Source: an uncultured Gemmatimonadales bacterium (lineage in GTDB: Bacteria; Gemmatimonadota; Gemmatimonadetes; Gemmatimonadales; GWC2-71-9). From it: a stretch of 64,000 nt of DNA. The stretch spans positions 832,001-896,000 of the forward strand of contig CAVVKJ010000010.1 in the NCBI GenBank assembly GCA_963748815.1, read 5' to 3'. The translations under genes were made by a program, and so were the position numbers. Under the pieces are notes generated by a model that was not told where the DNA came from, made no database searches, and saw only the letters and a list, made by a program, of their open reading frames with translations. Of the stretch, positions 61,943 to 64,000 are shown in pieces (position 1 is the stretch's first letter; every line of letters begins with the position of its first letter).

Positions 61943-63210
61943 TCAGACCGCCGCCAGCGCCGCTCCAGGTCGGCAATCAGATCCTCGTAGTGCTCCACCC
62001 CTACCGAGAGCCGCACCATCCCCTCGGTGATCCCCATGCGTGCCTGGTCGGCCGGGGGAATGTCGGCGTGCGTCATGGAACCGGGATGCTGCGCGAGCGA
62101 CTCCGTGCCGCCAAGGCTGACGGCGAGCTTGACCATGGTCAGGGCGTTGAGGAAGCGGAACGCGCCGGCCTGGCCACCCTTCACGTCGAAGGAGATCATC
62201 GATCCGGGCGCCACGCATTGCCGCTGGTACACATCGTACATCGGCGCGCCCTCGGCCAGGTGGCCGAGGTAGTACACCTGCGGCACCTTCGGATGGTCGG
62301 CGAGGAAGTCCGCCACGTAGCGCGCGTTCTTCATCGCCGCCGTCATCCGCATCTTGAGCGTCTCGAGGCTGCGGAGGAGGAGCCAGCCCGTCCAGGGCCC
62401 CGACATCGTCCCCATGAAGGTGCGGAGGGTGCGGATGGGGAGCATCACCTCGCTGGCGCCGGAGGCGGCGCCGGCGATGACGTCGCTGTGCCCGCCGATG
62501 AACTTGGTGGCCGAGTAGAGGACGAGGTCGGCGCCATGCTGGAGGGGATGCTGCCAGAGCGGACCGAGGAAGGTGTTGTCGACCATCACGACGGAAGGAC
62601 GGCCGGGGGCCGCGAGGGTGTGCACCAGGTCGGAGATGCCCTGGATGTCGACCAGCGCGTTGGTCGGGTTGGCGGGGGTCTCGAGCAGCGCCGCCGCGAC
62701 CGGGCGGCCCGCGACCTTGGCCGTCAGCTCGGCGGCGAGGTCGGCCATCGGCACGCCGGCCTGGAAGCCGATCGGCACCACGCCGAGCCGCGGCAGGAAA
62801 TGCTTCACGAAATGGTCGCAACCGCCGTAGAGCGGCTCGCTGTGGATCAGCACGTCGCCCGGGGTGAGGTACGCCAGCAGCGAGGTGGTGATGGCGGCCA
62901 TCCCGCTCTCGAAGACGGCGCACGACTCCGCCTCGTCCCAGAGCGCCAGCCGTCCCTCGAGGATCTCCAGGTCGGGGTTGTTGAGGCGGCTGTAGATCAG
63001 CCCCATCTCTTCCCCGCTCCGCTGTTCCCGGAGGCCGTAGGCCACCTCGAAGAACGCCTTGCCCGCCTCGGCCGATTCGAAGGCGAAGGTGGAGGTCTGG
63101 AAGATGGGGCACTTCACCGCCCCCTCGCTGAGCCGCGGATCGTACCCGTAGCTCATCATCAGACTCTCAGGCCGGAGAGGCTTGCCGCCAATCTCACGGT
63201 GTTTGCTCAT
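61943..63210 (-). CDS. Cys/Met metabolism PLP enzyme (cystathionine gamma-synthase / methionine gamma-lyase family); probable indel near the 3' end
   Basis: 'PIFQTSTF', 'YSRLNNP', 'SGMAAI', 'ETPANPT', 'VDNTF', 'YSATKFIGGHSD', 'AVSLGGTESL', 'RLSVGVE'. Confidence 0.92.
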
Positions 63211-63248
63211 TGGGCGAGTCCTTTCACAAAAGCGATAAAGGAGGAAGA

Positions 63249-63328
63249 GGACTTGGGACTTGGAGGGGCGGAAGTCCCTTTTCTCCTTCCTCTCTCAGTC
63301 CCCAGTCCTCAGTCCTCAGCCCTCAGTC
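63249..63328. repeat. Family E arm plus a (GACTGAG)-type heptamer tract overlapping the glyQS stop
   Basis: ggacttgggacttggaggggcg; ctcagtccccagtcctcagtcctcagccctcagtcc. Confidence 0.8.
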
Positions 63329-64000
63329 CGCTCCTTGAGCCATCCCTTCAGCGTGTCGGCGGCCACCCGATCCTGCGCCATCGAATCCCGGTGCCGCACC
63401 GTCACGGTGCCGTCCTGCAGCGTCTGGCCGTCCACGGTGATGCAGAACGGCGTCCCGGCCTCGTCCATCCGGCGGTAGCGCCGGCCGACCGCGCCGCTGT
63501 CGTCGTAGAAGACGGGGACGTGCTGCTTCAGGTCGTGATAGAGCCGGGTGGCGAACTCCGGCATCCCGTCCTTCTTGACCAGCGGGAAGACGCCGGCCTT
63601 GATCGGCGCGATCGAGGGATGGAAGCCGAGGACCACGCGGGTCTCCCCCTCGACCTGTTCCTCGCGGTAGGCGTCGACCAGGGTCGTGAGAGTGACGCGG
63701 TCGGCGCCCGCGGACGTCTCCACGATGAACGGCACGAACCGCTCGTTGTTGGCCTGGTCGAAGTAGTCGAGCTTCTTGCCGGAGGCCGCCTGGTGCCGCT
63801 GCAGGTCGAAGTCGGTCCGGTTGTGGATCCCCTCGATCTCGTTCCAGCCGAAGGGAAACTCGTACTCGATGTCGTAGGCGGCCTTGGCGTAGTGGGCCAG
63901 CTCGCCCTCGCCGTGCTGGTGCCAGCGGAGCTTGGCGGGGTTGAGTCCGAGGGCGTGGTACCATGCCATCCGGATCTCGCGCCACTGCTCGAACCATTCG
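63316..64000 (-). CDS. glyQS: Glycyl-tRNA synthetase, alpha2 (eukaryote-like) type, C-terminal part
   Basis: 'LAHYAKAAYDIEYEFPFGWNEIEGIHNRTDFDL', 'IVETSAGADR', 'VGRRYRRMDEAGTPFCITVD'. Confidence 0.95.
   Translation of the reverse strand, partial: EWFEQWREIRMAWYHALGLNPAKLRWHQHGEGELAHYAKAAYDIEYEFPFGWNEIEGIHNRTDFDLQRHQAASGKKLDYFDQANNERFVPFIVETSAGADRVTLTTLVDAYREEQVEGETRVVLGFHPSIAPIKAGVFPLVKKDGMPEFATRLYHDLKQHVPVFYDDSGAVGRRYRRMDEAGTPFCITVDGQTLQDGTVTVRHRDSMAQDRVAADTLKGWLKERTEG

Noticed and set aside
63211..63300. SAM riboswitch ahead of the Cys/Met enzyme
   Set aside because: The spacer is short and occupied by repeat family E and heptamers; no SAM-I core seen.

Overview
A GC-rich bacterial chromosome segment. 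The gene repertoire (several Hanks Ser/Thr kinases with an 'ERELGxGGMAxVY/F' start, a GWxTD-like protein, an alpha2-type glycyl-tRNA synthetase) suggests Gemmatimonadota, which is an inference. Many genes carry indels that look like long-read assembly errors. Layout: an accessory block of secreted and signalling genes (1-8.9 kb); a ~8.6 kb cyclic beta-1,2-glucan synthase; a lower-GC defence islet (~18.15-22.6 kb) with an HhH-GPD/4Fe-4S mismatch glycosylase, a C5 cytosine methyltransferase, a 5'-truncated MvaI/BcnI-type endonuclease and a TIR protein; class II RNR (nrdJ); a cell-envelope and phospho-signalling region (kinase-TonB_C fusion, GWxTD-like protein, amidase, PP2C, FHA-pseudoprotease, SSS-nagZ-anmK-murQ); ggt; an ABC exporter; SIMPL; an arylsulfatase; a ccdA-fur-TIGR00300-like operon; DUF1254/1214; a PLC-like gene bracketed by a 41-bp duplication of the priA 3' end; and a long minus-strand run (glyQS, trans-sulfuration enzyme, zincin, beta-propeller, small protein, ubiquitin-like protein, HDAC, dipeptide epimerase, priA). 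Intergenic DNA holds at least five palindromic repeat families plus 7/8-mer tandem repeats whose orientation follows transcription, and some of these have entered coding sequence in frame. No rRNA, tRNA, CRISPR array, integrase or transposase was recognised.
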